From: Eledone cirrhosa | Lineage: Eukaryota | Assembly (NCBI GenBank): GCA_964016885.1 | Contig: OZ024742.1 | Location: forward strand, 125,984,001-126,048,000 | DNA: 64,000 bases | Direction: 5' to 3' | In this document: one piece after another, positions 11,642 through 23,901 of the stretch | Position numbering within the stretch: position 1 is the stretch's first letter | Layout of the letters: each line of letters starts with the position of its first letter | The notes under the pieces: generated by a model | The model's database searches: none | Told to the model about the DNA's origin: nothing | What the model saw: only the letters and a program-made list of their open reading frames with translations | Position numbers and translations under genes: made by a program

Positions 11642-12960
11642 TTATTTCGTTTGCCTGTATCTATGTGCTGTGTCTAAAAAATGGTTGGGGTAGAGGGGTT
11701 GTCTGCTGATGTTAAGTGGTCTCCTGTGTTTGTTACATTCCTTGTTGTTGTAAGATGTGGTTCGGGTTCGTGGTTGTAGATTGAATGGGGTGTTCCTGTA
11801 TTGCGAGTATGGATGTGTGTTTCTATGTGCCATGTTGGATTGTGGTGTTGTAGGTGGCCTACGTTGTTGGTTGTATCGTGTGGTGTGGGTTTGTTGTGTA
11901 TTGTGGAAGCGAGAGTTGAGAAAATGGAAATTACCTTGCTGTCCCCTTGAAGCGGGGAAGTTGTTACATCTATCATGGTGGTGGTATCTTTTCCCTATGT
12001 TTGTCGACGAGGCATCCGCGTAGTATTTGAGTGATTTGGTATGGTATCTCCTTGAAAGGGGAAAGTTGTAAATGTCATTCTGGGGGTGATGATTTCTAGG
12101 GTTTTTGTTCCTCCTTATGGAAGCGAGGTTGGGAAGTTCATCTTCGGTGTGGTGCTTCCTTCTTCTTTTGTTAGTAGCTGTGGAGTTTGCGAAATTGTTG
12201 TGCAGTTGGGTTATGGGTTTTCCTATTTTTATGAACGGGTTATTGGAGGTGTAATCCGTTTGAAAAATCGATTCATAGCTTAGGGACCAAGCGGCACTTT
12301 TTTCCCAGCGTTGAAGGGATTTCAGCTCCTCTCTGTTGCAGTCCTCTTTCCATAATTTAGAGATCTTCTCTACCTTGGGGCCTTCAGTCTTATTGTTGAT
12401 TTCCAGGAGGATCTCTTCATCGATGGTTTTGATTTTTTCCTCATTTGTCTGGGCCCTCAATTTAAGAAGTTCAATTTCTGTCTTCATTTTTTCCAATGCC
12501 ATTCTTTCCCTAAGGCGTCTTTGAGGCTCGGGTTCATTTGGAATAGATTTTATTTGTATTTTACGGGGGAGAGTTAGAGGGTTGAGTTAAGCCATTTTTC
12601 CTATATCTCCGCTTTGTTGTGATTTTGTATCATCTTCCAGAAGGAGAACTTTCTGTCTCTGAGGGATTTGTTCCATTTTGGGATTGCTCGATTTTTCATT
12701 TTGTATGAATCAATCTCACATGGTTCTTCGTTGGTTTTTCCTGGGTTGGTAGTAGTGAAAATAGTTTGGATAGTATCACAAAGGTTTTGAAGTTTATCGC
12801 CGATTTCGGAGGGTTTGTATCCGGTAACGGTTTCCTCATTTGTGGAGTCAAGTTTGTCGACTAGCACAGATGGGTTGGTGTTAATTTTCTTGAGTTCCTG
12901 TAGAATCTCTTCATTTATATTGATAAGAGTTGTATCTGTTTTGTTGGCATTTTCTGTATC
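11642..12960 (-). mobile_element. Frameshifted coiled-coil / N,R,H-rich ORF, probably ORF1-like region of an unclassified retroelement
   Basis: ORFs 12601-12867 and 11642-12502 continue across a frameshift; intronless; lies among TE fragments; no domain recognised. Confidence 0.4.
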
Positions 12961-13149
12961 TCGTGTGGGAATATGATATTAAAAAAAATAGAGGTGTGAC
13001 ACACGAGTTGTGATATATTAGTAAAAAGGAAAAGAAAATGCTGACAAATTTTTCCCAGTGAAAAATAGTTTAATTAGGAATAAATATAAATTAGTAATAA
13101 GTATTAGTTTTTACCGGTTGCGCATTTCAGAATTCAAAGTTTTCAAAAT

Positions 13150-13380
13150 TCATGAGTGGGGAACACTGTCAAATTCTTTGTTATAGTTAATCCAAGCAGT
13201 ACTCAGATTTCTGTACTTTTTATGACAGTTTTCCAGAATCATGCGGTTAATGAGAAGTTGGTTTTTGCACTCGTAAGACCCACTGCGACAACCTTTCTGC
13301 TCCATAGGGAATAGATGATTTTCATCCATAAATTTGTAGATTGTCTCAGTCAAGATTGATGTGAGAATTTTGTATGATAA
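13150..13380 (-). mobile_element. RT fragment of an R4/Dong-like LINE
   Basis: YKILTSIL..EQKGCRSGS..LSTAWINYNKEFDSVPHS (RT domains 2-3). Confidence 0.75.
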
Positions 13381-13381
13381 A

Positions 13382-15645
13382 CGTGAGGAACAGCAAAGGT
13401 GGTGCCTGAAGATTGGTGGCCATCTACACCCCGACCGGGGCTGGACGGCCGGATTTCCATAGGAGCCTGGAAGCCTTTCGGGGAACGTCTCACCTTTTAC
13501 TATTAACGTGAGATGGAACGGCATCTTAAACGCACGCTGGGATTGTGTGGGAGTAGCTGATAGAAATAGGAGGTGCAAAAGCCCCAAGTATCTGATCAGC
13601 CAGTTCCACTGTCTGACAGGTACCGACTAGATTTCCCTAATGCTCCAGTGTGGACCACTTAGTGTTATCTAGATCGTATATAGAAAGCTTTTTCATTAGA
13701 TCAATAGATAAGAATAGTATAGGTTGTTCACATTTCAAACGGTCGCCTATTCAGATCAGAGGTTTGTGTTCTACATGGTCGATCTAGATAGAACACGCAG
13801 GTTAGGACCTGGTTACTGGAACCAGACCAACCGCGTATATAGATAGGTTATTTATTAGGTCAGTAGATTAGGTTGTCGACATTTTCAAACGATCGCCTAT
13901 TCAGATTACAAGTTTGTGATCTGCATGGTTGACCTAGATAGGACACGCAGGTTAGGATCTGGTTACTGAAAGCTGAACATGTCGTTCCCGGCAGGTAAAG
14001 CTTATAGGGATCGGGTCACCAATTTAGTTAAGCAAAATTTGACAGAGGGAGGGGTCGTCAACAATAGGTGGTGGGGGGCTCTCAAAAGAGAGATTATGGC
14101 AATGTCAATGGCTTTTAGTAAATAAGTAGCTTTAGATAAAAATAAAAAAGAAGGGGAGCTGGTAGCTAAATTAGACTAGTAGTGGTATTTCAACTGACGT
14201 ACTAACGGCGAGAATGGCACTTGACCATTTCTTCAATGCGAAATACGAAGGTTGCATTGTCAGAGCTAGGGCGCGTGCTCTAAGAAATGAGGGAGCCAAT
14301 GCTGTTCGATGGGTGGAGGTGGCGAACGCGTACATCGCATCCGCCATCTACCACCGCCTGACCATCATGCTTTGTCCCCGTCCGCGCCTCGCCAAATTGG
14401 AACGGCTCCTCTTCAACTTCTTGTAGAGTGGATAGATTCCGTTAGTGAGGCGGTCCATCTGCTACCAGCACTTTCTAGGCGGAGTGCTGCGCATGCTAAT
14501 GATGTGCAAACATGCACTGAGGCTGCGGCACCTCGAGATATTCTGCCTAAACGATGAACAGATGTGGTCGCCGTTTGTGAGACAGGCTTTTCCACAGCTC
14601 GTCTCTTTGACTGAGCTGGAGTCTTGGGTGAAGAAGAGACCGAAACTGGACGCCAGGCATCTGGAATGTTACCAGGCGCTCACTGCCCTCTACCAGGTGG
14701 GCAATGTGGTCAGTGGAACTACCAATCTCTAGTTCTATAGAGGATTAATGGTGGGCAAGTGCTACGACGCACTTGGAGAGGTTGTGGGCATCGATGAAAT
14801 CAAACTGACCAGCCTGTTCCGGAGGACTATTGAACCGGGGAGTTTGGATAATTTCCAGAAATCCTTCGCTTGGCAATGGTACCGAGGTATACTGCTGGTT
14901 CGAGATAAACTCTACAGTTACGGATGTGTTGTCAGACACACCTGCCCGAGATATGCGCAGAACGTCGAAACCATTCCGCACGCACTCGTCCAGTGTCCGT
15001 GCTTTATTGACTTGTGGAGTTATATCAAACAGCTGTTGTCGCGTGTAGAACGAATCCGAGAATCGACCGAGTTCATAGGAAGATCGCTCCGCCGCCTTCT
15101 TTTTACCAGGAAGGGCAGGAAATGTTCCTGTCTGGTTGCGGTAGAGAAAGAGGTTGTGTGGTGAACCAGGTTAAAAGGAGTGAGGACAGGCACTTTTTTC
15201 TTCGGCCAATCCCTCATCGACTTTTTCAAGTTTCACTTGAAAAGGGAGGTGAGGGTGGAGAGAGAAGTGCTGCCCCCAGAACATTTGCTAAAAGGTGGGT
15301 GAATGTGGTGACAATTGCCCGTGTGAATATGACTACACTGAGCATGTGCCTGTCGGCTGGTTTATTTGAGGAGGAGAGGGGTGTCCATTCCGGGTGCCCT
15401 CAAAGCGTCGGGTGGTTCAGGATTGGTGGGATACCTGAATAGACCCTGGGTGATTCGCCCCCATTGGGGAATTTATTTTGTTATATTTATTTATATTATA
15501 TATTTTTATATATTTTCATTGCTAATTGTTTTTGTTATTGCGTATTTTTACTCGATTCTATTGTAAACCCCCACTGTCCCTGTCTTTGTATTGTCCCCTA
15601 TATGTCGGACCTTATGGTCAATAAATGAAACCTTTATTGTTATTG
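13382..15645 (+). mobile_element. Decayed, internally deleted Tx1/L1-like LINE
   Basis: APE-type remnants (partly duplicated ~13720-13970), EGCIVRARAR linker, KLERLLFNFL post-RT segment, zf-RVT-like CPR..ETIPHALVQC, T-rich 3' UTR, AATAAA at ~15620. Confidence 0.7.
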
Positions 15646-15647
15646 TT

Positions 15648-16090
15648 AGGGCGGTGGATTCGCAGAATCGGTAGAATTTCAGACACCATGTTTTGCATCA
15701 AAGAGTTACGCCCCTTTATGATCTGGGTTCAAATCCCGCCGAGGTTAACTTTGCCTTTCATCCTTACGGGGTCGATAAAATAAAGTACCCGTCATACACT
15801 GGGGTCGATTTAATCAACTTTACCCCTGCCCCAAAATTGCTGGCCTTGTGCCTAAATCATAAACCATTATTATTATTATTGGATTGACAGCATCGGTAGG
15901 GGGTCGGAGACCATGCTTTGCACCATAGAGTTACGTCCCTTTACGGTCTGAGTTAAAATCCTGCTGAGGTTAACTTTGCCTTTAATCCTTACGGAGTCGA
16001 TAAAATAAAGCACCAGTAATACACTGAAGTCGATTTAATCGACTTTCCCCTCCTCCCAAATTGCTGGTATTGTGCCTATACCAGCAATTA
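15648..16090 (+). mobile_element. Two tandem SINE family A copies (15648-~15870 and ~15880-16090)
   Basis: GGCGGTGGATT head, GTTCAAATCCCGCCGAGGTTAACTTTGCCTTTCATCC core, (ATT)n tail. Confidence 0.85.
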
Positions 16091-16389
16091 TTTAGCTGCA
16101 GGTAATCACTGATTAGGCAAACATTATCAAAAGCTTTCTAACTATTACCATCTTGTCTTTTCTCGGGCATTGCGCATCTAAGCCAACATCATCTACATAG
16201 AAACACACAGATACACCTTCACCTGCATACTGACACACAGACAATTATACGCCCACGTGCACATACACTCACACTGACACACGCTCGCATCCTCATGCAC
16301 TCAATCATCGCCTGTTTCAAGCAATTTTGGTTGAAACAGAAGATGAATATAACGATTTGCCTACAACATTGCTGTAAGATGGCTTAGTA

Positions 16390-18120
16390 GCGATTAGGTT
16401 ATCTCACGATATTTTGAACTACGGATGGAGAAACCATTTTTTTTTTATCGAAAAAAATCGTGCTCAGCCGCTACTTGTAAAATGTGAATGGTTGTAGAAA
16501 TTGGCATTCTCGGCTGAATTAAATAGGCATTCTAATGTGTTAAGACTTAGATTCAAGACGATTTTGAACTATACACGACATATACACTACAATGAAAGCT
16601 CTTCGACATAATCTTTTTTCACTTCCAGTTAATGATAAATAACTTCAACCGCTCTCTCTCCTGGAAAAAATACAATCAAAAGATAAATTCTTTTCAAGTT
16701 TGATGAAGACATTCTCTGAAGTCTGAAAAACACTTGTTTTATTCTACGTTAAACAAAAACATTACAGTAATTAAAAATCCAAGCTATTTCCATTCTGTTA
16801 TATGGTTTCTTCTGTTATTAGTCTAAGCCCGCAACACATCAACATTTCCAAACAGACCCTTCTCCTAAACGGGTTTGGCGACTTTTGCTCTGGAGAATCT
16901 ATATCGTACTGTTTATACATCCTTGATAAATTCTTCATATTGACGTCTACATTCGATTTGTAAAATTGTAGGAACGTTGTAATCGTTATTTGTCACGAAA
17001 GTATGGAGATTTTAAGAACTTTTATTCTACTCACAGACTGTATACATTATTCCTCTTTGGAATTCTTTGGGAGATTGTGTAGGTTCTTTGAAGTATTTTA
17101 AATTTCCTTCAAAATTATTTTTCACAAGGAGATAATTATTTTATTTTACAAAGCTGTTTATACAAAAACAAAACACACTATTAAAGAGAACAAAAAAAAT
17201 GAAAAGAAACAAAGGAAAAAGAATTAAGCAACGAAAGATATGGAAAGGGAGAGGACAGACTGGGTAGTGTTTCAGTTATGCCCTATGAACAAAATGGCCA
17301 GAAATACCCGCTGCAACAGCCACCACACCTTACGGGACAGGACTCATTGCTCAATTGGGCTACTGTTTTTCCAATTTTACAGAGGAAATCAGCAGTGCGG
17401 GGACCAAGGATACCAGAGCTCTCGATGGAGACCGTTACAAAGAGAACGCGGTCGATCAGACCTCGGTATTTAACTATCTTCCTCTCCTCTACAATGCGAG
17501 AAACGGGGCCAGGGTTTGTGGCCGAAGTGGCAAGGTTAGACGCAGCACGTCGCATCCCAAATTGTTCACCTTAATACGTATCTTTGAGTCAAACACTCTC
17601 TTAAAGTTAAGTGCTGTTCAAAGATATTTCGTATAAGAACTGCAGACTTTTGCTAAACTGACATCTCTCTCATCTCCCTTTCTGATAATTTGTAGAACTC
17701 CAATATATTTGTTTATTGAATGTTCATATATCATTTTACCATTATTTAAGCATCGATAAACTAGTTTCTCTCTACAGATAAAGTTACAATGAATTTCGTA
17801 ACAGACATCTTTAATCTATGGACATTAAATTGCTTCAGATATAACACACAGCGCTACTTGAAGGAAATTCACCAAAATATTTTCTCTTAGGCCATAAGAT
17901 ATGTATGAGTTTTCCCAGTTATGATGTGGTTAGCTGAAACAAATTCGTTCAAATATCTTCTAAATACTCTTCAACAAATTTGTCCTCAGATAAGAAAGAA
18001 ATTTGACAAATGCTATCTGGACATTATTTCATTTTTATTTTCAAGAAATTTAGCTAAAGCCGAAAAATTACAAAATGTCTGACAGAGGGAATTGAAACAC
18101 ATTTTTATCGTTTCCTCCAG
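16390..18120 (-). pseudogene. Decayed C-terminal region of a very large inducible GTPase-like (GVIN1/URGCP-like) gene, split by a LINE insertion
   Basis: Manual translation through stops and frameshifts gives TLRECLTQRYVL|NYLLVKNNFEGNLKYFKEP and, distally, QVAAEHDFF..HP(Y)SKYREI, which resemble VLIG C-terminal motifs from memory; not confirmed by search. Confidence 0.45.
17140..17570 (-). mobile_element. 3' fragment of a CRE-like RLE LINE with T-rich tail
   Basis: RKIVKYRGL..VSIESSGILGPRTADFL; tail ends near AAAATAAAATAA on the minus strand. Confidence 0.7.
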
Positions 18121-18274
18121 AACTAGTTGTATAATTAAAATAAAATAAACCTGAGAAATGACTTTGAAGTTTTTGTGGTGCTTTTTTTAGTTATTACAAT
18201 GAACGAATATGTGTCAAGGGGAGAGAAAAGAATGATGTGGCTGCTAACAATGTGATCCTGATTCGGAAGAGAAA

Positions 18275-18800
18275 TGGAGAGAAAGAGAGATGGGGATACA
18301 AAGAGGGCAGAGAGGGAGGAACAGACAAACATAGAGGTAGAGAGAGGGGAGAGAGAGAGAAACAATCAAACATAAAGGTAGAGAGAGAGAGGAGAGAGGG
18401 AGAAGCAGACAAACAAAGAGGTAGAGAGAAGGAGAAGCAGACAAACATAGAGTTAGAGAGAGGTGGAGAGGGAGAAACAGACAGAGGGGTAGAGAGAGGG
18501 AAGAGAAGGATAAACAGACAGAGAGGTAGAGAGAGGGGGAGAGGGAGAAACAGAGAGATAGAGAGTGAGAAGAGAGGGAGAAACAGAGAGATAGAGAGAG
18601 GGGAGAGAGGGAGAAACAGAGAGCTAGAGAGAGGGAAGAGAGGGAGAAACAGACAGAGATGTAGAGAAAAGGGAGAGAGGGAGAAACAAGCAAACAGAGA
18701 GGTAGAGAGAGGGGAGCGAGGGAGGAATAGAGAGATGAAAGAGATCGAAACTGAAAGACTGACTGCGAGAAAGACAGAGAGAGGAGAGAGAATAAGACAG
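18275..18800. repeat. GA-rich degenerate minisatellite (GAGAGGGAGAAACAGA..)
   Basis: Direct reading. Confidence 0.85.
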
Positions 18801-18886
18801 AAAGATGTTTTTAATAAATCTTAGTATTTTTATTTCTTTCACTTTCCTTTTGTTTAGAGTAAACTAACTCTCATAGTTGATAAATG

Positions 18887-19002
18887 TGGAGGCACATAGC
18901 CTAGTGGTACGGATGTTGGACATACAACGATAATGTCCTGGGTTCGATTCCTGGTCTGAGTTGTGTGTTGTGTTCTTAAATAAAACACTTCATCTCACAG
19001 CT
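18887..19002 (+). mobile_element. SINE family B, truncated
   Basis: TAGCCTAGTGG and GGTTCGATTCC boxes followed by the core. Confidence 0.7.
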
Positions 19003-19194
19003 ATAAGATTATAGACAGTTGTCCTCCATATTACTGAGCATCATACATGGCGTCCAGAACTAATAACCCGAAGTATTAGCTTTCTGATACAGAAAAGAAT
19101 CCTGCAGAGATTGAACATTCTCTCAAATACTTACAAACATCTAACAAATCTTATATGGGATTATTCTAATATTACTGTAGTGAATGTTAATGTT

Positions 19195-19410
19195 AGTTAA
19201 AGTCTGTTCTAAGCCGAAAGCTCATGAGGCTGGTGCTTATTTCCGGTTCTATTAGTACCAAGCAACTAAGAGTACATAACTCTCCGTGCACATGACGTCG
19301 GTCTATCGCAGGTTTACCTCCATACCTACTGCTGGCACTCAATCTCAACTGAGTGAAATAAAGTGTTTTGCTCAAGAACGCAAGACACAACCAGGTCCAG
19401 GAATCGTACC
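19195..19410 (-). mobile_element. SINE family B body and tail
   Basis: Reverse complement of the core plus the GAGCTTTCGGCTTAGAACAGACTTTAACT tail shared with 54620-54850. Confidence 0.7.
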
Positions 19411-19839
19411 GTCGACATTACGATAGTGCCGGCGCATGACCTAATGCTTAAAATGTTTGATAGTAGTGAATGCTAGAGATATAAAAAGCCTTCCATGCCT
19501 ACTCAGAAGAGAGATTTACGAATCAGTTTACAGAACCCTACCGAGACATAATTACTGCATATATCAGAGAACACATGTTTACAACACTAGACTCATTCTT
19601 GTTTTAAAATATAACCAAAATATCTGAAGCCTTTAACTCTTTCTTTGCCATATTTATCATTTAAGACTATGGATACGTGATTAAGGAGTTCGCTTCGCAA
19701 TCTGTTGGTTCTGGGTACAGTCCCACTGTTTAGCATCTACTATAACCTCGAGTTGAATAATGTCTTGTGAGTGAAATTTTGTAGACAGAAACTGCAGAGG
19801 CCCGTCGTATATATTACCACCTGCCGCTCTTGCTCCTTC

Positions 19840-20788
19840 TTTTCCAAGTATGTGGACGACATTTTGGTGTCCATTTCGTCGCGCGATGAAGCCGTCAAAA
19901 TATACGATAACTTCAATTAAATTGACGGCCACATAAAATTCGAAATTGAGCACCCGTATATCCCTATCTCTTCTAGATGTCATACTAAGAATCACAGAGA
20001 AGGAGTCCATATACACCAAATTCTAGCAAAAGGATCCCTGCATGAACGTATTTGTGCAGCACAATTCTATCCTTCCCAACAGAGGCAAAATTGCCTACAT
20101 ACAGAACGAGATCTCCCGGATACGCAACAGATGCAGCAAGAGTAGCAACAAATACACAAGTACAAAGGAGTTCCAAAGATGTCACCATCAAGGAGACTTG
20201 CACCCCTAGGGATACCTTACGCTATCTAAAGTCTAGGCATTTCAACGAGAAAACCACTGCTGCTATCCGACTAGCTGTCCATAAGGAGGGTTTGAGCATA
20301 CAAGTAGCTCACTTGGTACCATTTCTGATGAGACAGCTACATACATATGCAGCTACATACATATACAATATATGCACACTTCCTAACTATCCCTTCAACA
20401 ACGCGGAAATGTGAATGTGATTGTATGTGGCTGACAACGTCACCTTCAGGAAATGTGGTAGCTCATAGATTAGAAGCACTGTTCGGATGCTACACATATG
20501 GGTCAAAGAACACACAAACACGAGCGCTATATCTGTCAAAATTCACCTGGAAAATGCCACATCCGAGACATTGAGGTCAGCATAGAGGAACGTTGGTAAT
20601 TTACGAATTAAAAAAGCTGCCTTTATAAACAGGTAGATGCCAATCATCACTAGTAGATCTGAGTTACATGGAGCAGACTTGCTGTTATAACCGGTCTGTG
20701 CATGTTACACTTCCACTAACAGCCAATCACACACATAAAACCGGAAACCATCGGTATATTTCTATCCGCATTGTACCGGCTTCTGCAA

Positions 20789-20790
<2 letters not shown>
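19840..20790 (+). mobile_element. Highly decayed Penelope-like element
   Basis: KYVDDILV RT motif at ~19847, IKFEIE and ISLLDVIL-like segments, GIY-YIG-like remnants; ends at a (TA)n tract. Confidence 0.55.
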
Positions 20791-20870
<80 letters not shown>

Positions 20871-20900
20871 AGATCAAAAGATGGTTAAAAGAGTTCCATG

Positions 20901-20971
20901 TATTTTATTATGCGCATTTCAAAAACAAATATCATCATGCAATAACATTTGTGTTTTCATCAGATAAAATA
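20901..20971 (-). ncRNA. Hammerhead ribozyme, inverted-pLTR copy
   Basis: Exact reverse complement of 23831-23901. Confidence 0.8.
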
Positions 20972-22050
20972 GGAAGACATGATATGAAGGTTAAAGAACA
21001 CTTGTGAATAGTGCAGTTTTAAATCAACATATGAAAAGTAGTTTTAGATTGATGTGTGATATTTTGAAAAAAATGTTGTTGTTTTTTTTTGGGGGGGGGG
21101 GGGGGGGGGGGCTTGGAAAGGATGAAAAAGAGGAGGAGATGAGAGTAAAAAGTGGAGGGGGAGGAGTATAATGAGGAAGGATGAGATAGGAGGAGAGATG
21201 GCGAAGTTGAGGAATTTTCCGACTCAAAGAGTTCAAAATAAAGATACCAATTAAATCTGTCAATTGGGATGAATCGAATGCTCCAGATTTAATTGGTATC
21301 TTTATTTTGAACTCTTTGAGTCGGAAAATTCCTCAACTTCGCGGTGGAATTTATCGTGACGATGGACTCTTTACTATCTTAAATTGCAACATAGTTAACC
21401 TTAATATTATTAAGAACAATATACGTAATCTCTTTAACCAACATAACTTAAAAATTGAATTTGATAACAGCATCAAACTAGCTAATTTCTTGGATGTATC
21501 TCTTAATCTTGACACTGGCCTATATTACCCTTACCATAAAAACAATGAGAACCTAAATTATGTTAATTTTAAATCTAACCACCCCGCTAATATTAAGAAA
21601 GCTATAGTTAGTAATATTGGAAAAAGAATATCTAACCTATCTTCTAATAAAAACATCTTTGATGCTAACGCCAATTACTATAATAACGCGCTTTCTAAAG
21701 CCGGATATCCTGATAAAATCAAATATAGTAAAGAAACAAATTCTAGAAGATCTTACAGTAGAATAATTAATCATGATCATTCCAATAACTTTAATAAAAG
21801 ACCTAGATACAAAAACATAATCTGGTATAATGCTCCTTTCTCCATCTCTATTAATAATAATATTCCTAAATTATTCTTTAGTGCCTTAAATAAATGCTTC
21901 CCTCCCTCACATATCTATAGTAAAATATTTAACAAACACACTATAAAATTTTCCTATTCGACCTCCTCCAACATTTTCAACATTATCTCTAAACACAACA
22001 ATAAAATACTAAATACTAAATCTCTTCCTTCCAACACTGAATATCATAAT

Positions 22051-22234
22051 TGTTTCTACTTTAGGCACAAGGCCAGCAATTACCCAGTGCATTACTGGTA
22101 CTTTATTTTATCGACCCCGTGAGGATGAAAGGCAAAGTCAACCTCGGCGGGATTTGAACTCAGATCATAAAGGGACGTAACTATGCTGCAAAGCATGGCG
22201 TCCGACCCTCTACCGATACTGCCAATCCACCGCC
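22051..22234 (-). mobile_element. SINE family A inserted in the Penelope ORF
   Basis: 14-bp TSD CTGAATATCATAAT at 22037-22050 and 22235-22248. Confidence 0.92.
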
Positions 22235-23830
22235 CTGAATATCATAATAATAATATCATAATAATAGTAATAGTACTCCCGACGTCATTGTAAACTCTAG
22301 GCTAATTTCTGCAAACCCAAAAACAACGTCAAACACAACTTCGCTAAATGTTCTTAATCCCATTCTAAATCAAGAAACTATTATTCCTATCGTAAATAAC
22401 TTCTCCAATCCAATTCCTTCTATAGATAACACTAGGTCACTCGTTAATAACTCTGCTAATCTCTCTAATCGCAATTGCAATTGCCCTGTTAAAAATAAAT
22501 GTCCTCTCAACAACCATTGTCTTGAAAAAAACTTAATCTACGAATGTAAAGTTATAACTGACACCAATTCCTTCACCTATTTTGGCTCCACTTCCACCTC
22601 CTTTAATGCTCGTCTTTATAATCATCATTCGTCTTTAAATACCAACTTAAAAGAACCAACACGGCACTCTCAGAACTCATATGGTCCTTGAAAGACAAAA
22701 ATATTAAATATAACATCTCTTGGAAAAAGGTTTCTTCTGCTTTTTCATACTTGAACAGTTCTCTATCCAAGACTTGCAATCTCTGTTTAAATGAAAAATT
22801 TACCATTATATCTAATTTAGATTCTATAATAAATAGACGCACTGACTTGTTTTCTCTCTGCTTGCATAAATTCCACAGAACATTCCATAAAGTATACAGC
22901 TAATATCTAATACTTTATCAATTTAAAATCCTTTTCTGAAAGGCACATATATATATATATATATATATACTTCTTTAAAAATATACCCATCTTTCTACCT
23001 TATTTCAAAGTTATTTATTATACATTATATAATACTAGTTACTCATTCTATATCACTCCTGTTTATCACTTCCCTTTCTTCCTTTTCCTTTTATTTTCTT
23101 TTTCTTTTAATTTCTAACCCCTAATCTGTACCTTTTCTCATTGTGCCTAACATAGAAACAATTATTACACAATACACTATATTCTTACTTTATATCACCT
23201 TGAAAAAATCCTTCGTAAACATAAACATTTTTTTTTACGTTAGATTATTCATCCTCAATTCATTATTTTTTTCTCCCTTTCATGCTCATCTAACTTATTC
23301 ATCCTATCTTCTACTTCTTTCACAATGTATCCTTACTTACATTACTATTGCTATATTTTTTTTAATAATACATATCAACATTTTCTTTCCATCGCACATA
23401 TTATTAAACCCTTAAATATTATTCTTAATACATATTAACAATTTCTTTTCATCGCACATATTATTAAACCCTTCAATATTAACTTAACATTATTTTTCTC
23501 TTCGTTAATTTTCAAATTCTTTTAATTTATACATTATCTTCCAACGGTTTTTCAACCTCTCTATGTAAAACAATATATTTTTCTCAGTTATAAAAGCTAG
23601 CTATCTCTCTCTATCACCCATCTCTCCTCCTATCTTATCCTTCCTCATTATACTCCTCCCCCTCCACTTTTTACTCTCATCTCGTCCTCTTTTTCATCCT
23701 TTCCAACCTCCTCCCCCCCAAAAAAAACATTTTTTCCCAATATCACACATCAATCTAAAACTACTTTTCATATGTTGATTCAAAACTGCACTATTCACAA
23801 GTGTTCTTTAACCTTCATATCATGTCTTCC

Positions 23831-23901
23831 TATTTTATCTGATGAAAACACAAATGTTATTGCATGATGATATTTGTTTTTGAAATGCGCATAATAAAAT
23901 A
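23831..23901 (+). ncRNA. Type I hammerhead ribozyme in the Penelope pLTR
   Basis: UAUUUUAU-CUGAUGA-[~15-bp stem II]-GAAA-UGCGCA-UA^AUAAAAUA: perfect 8-bp stem I and palindromic loop III. Confidence 0.85.

Noticed and set aside
13150-13587. 145-aa ORF as a single gene
   Set aside because: Chance fusion of the antisense strand of the Tx1-like element with an R4/Dong RT fragment.
18237-18824. 195-aa R/E/G-rich ORF
   Set aside because: Translation of a GA-rich minisatellite.
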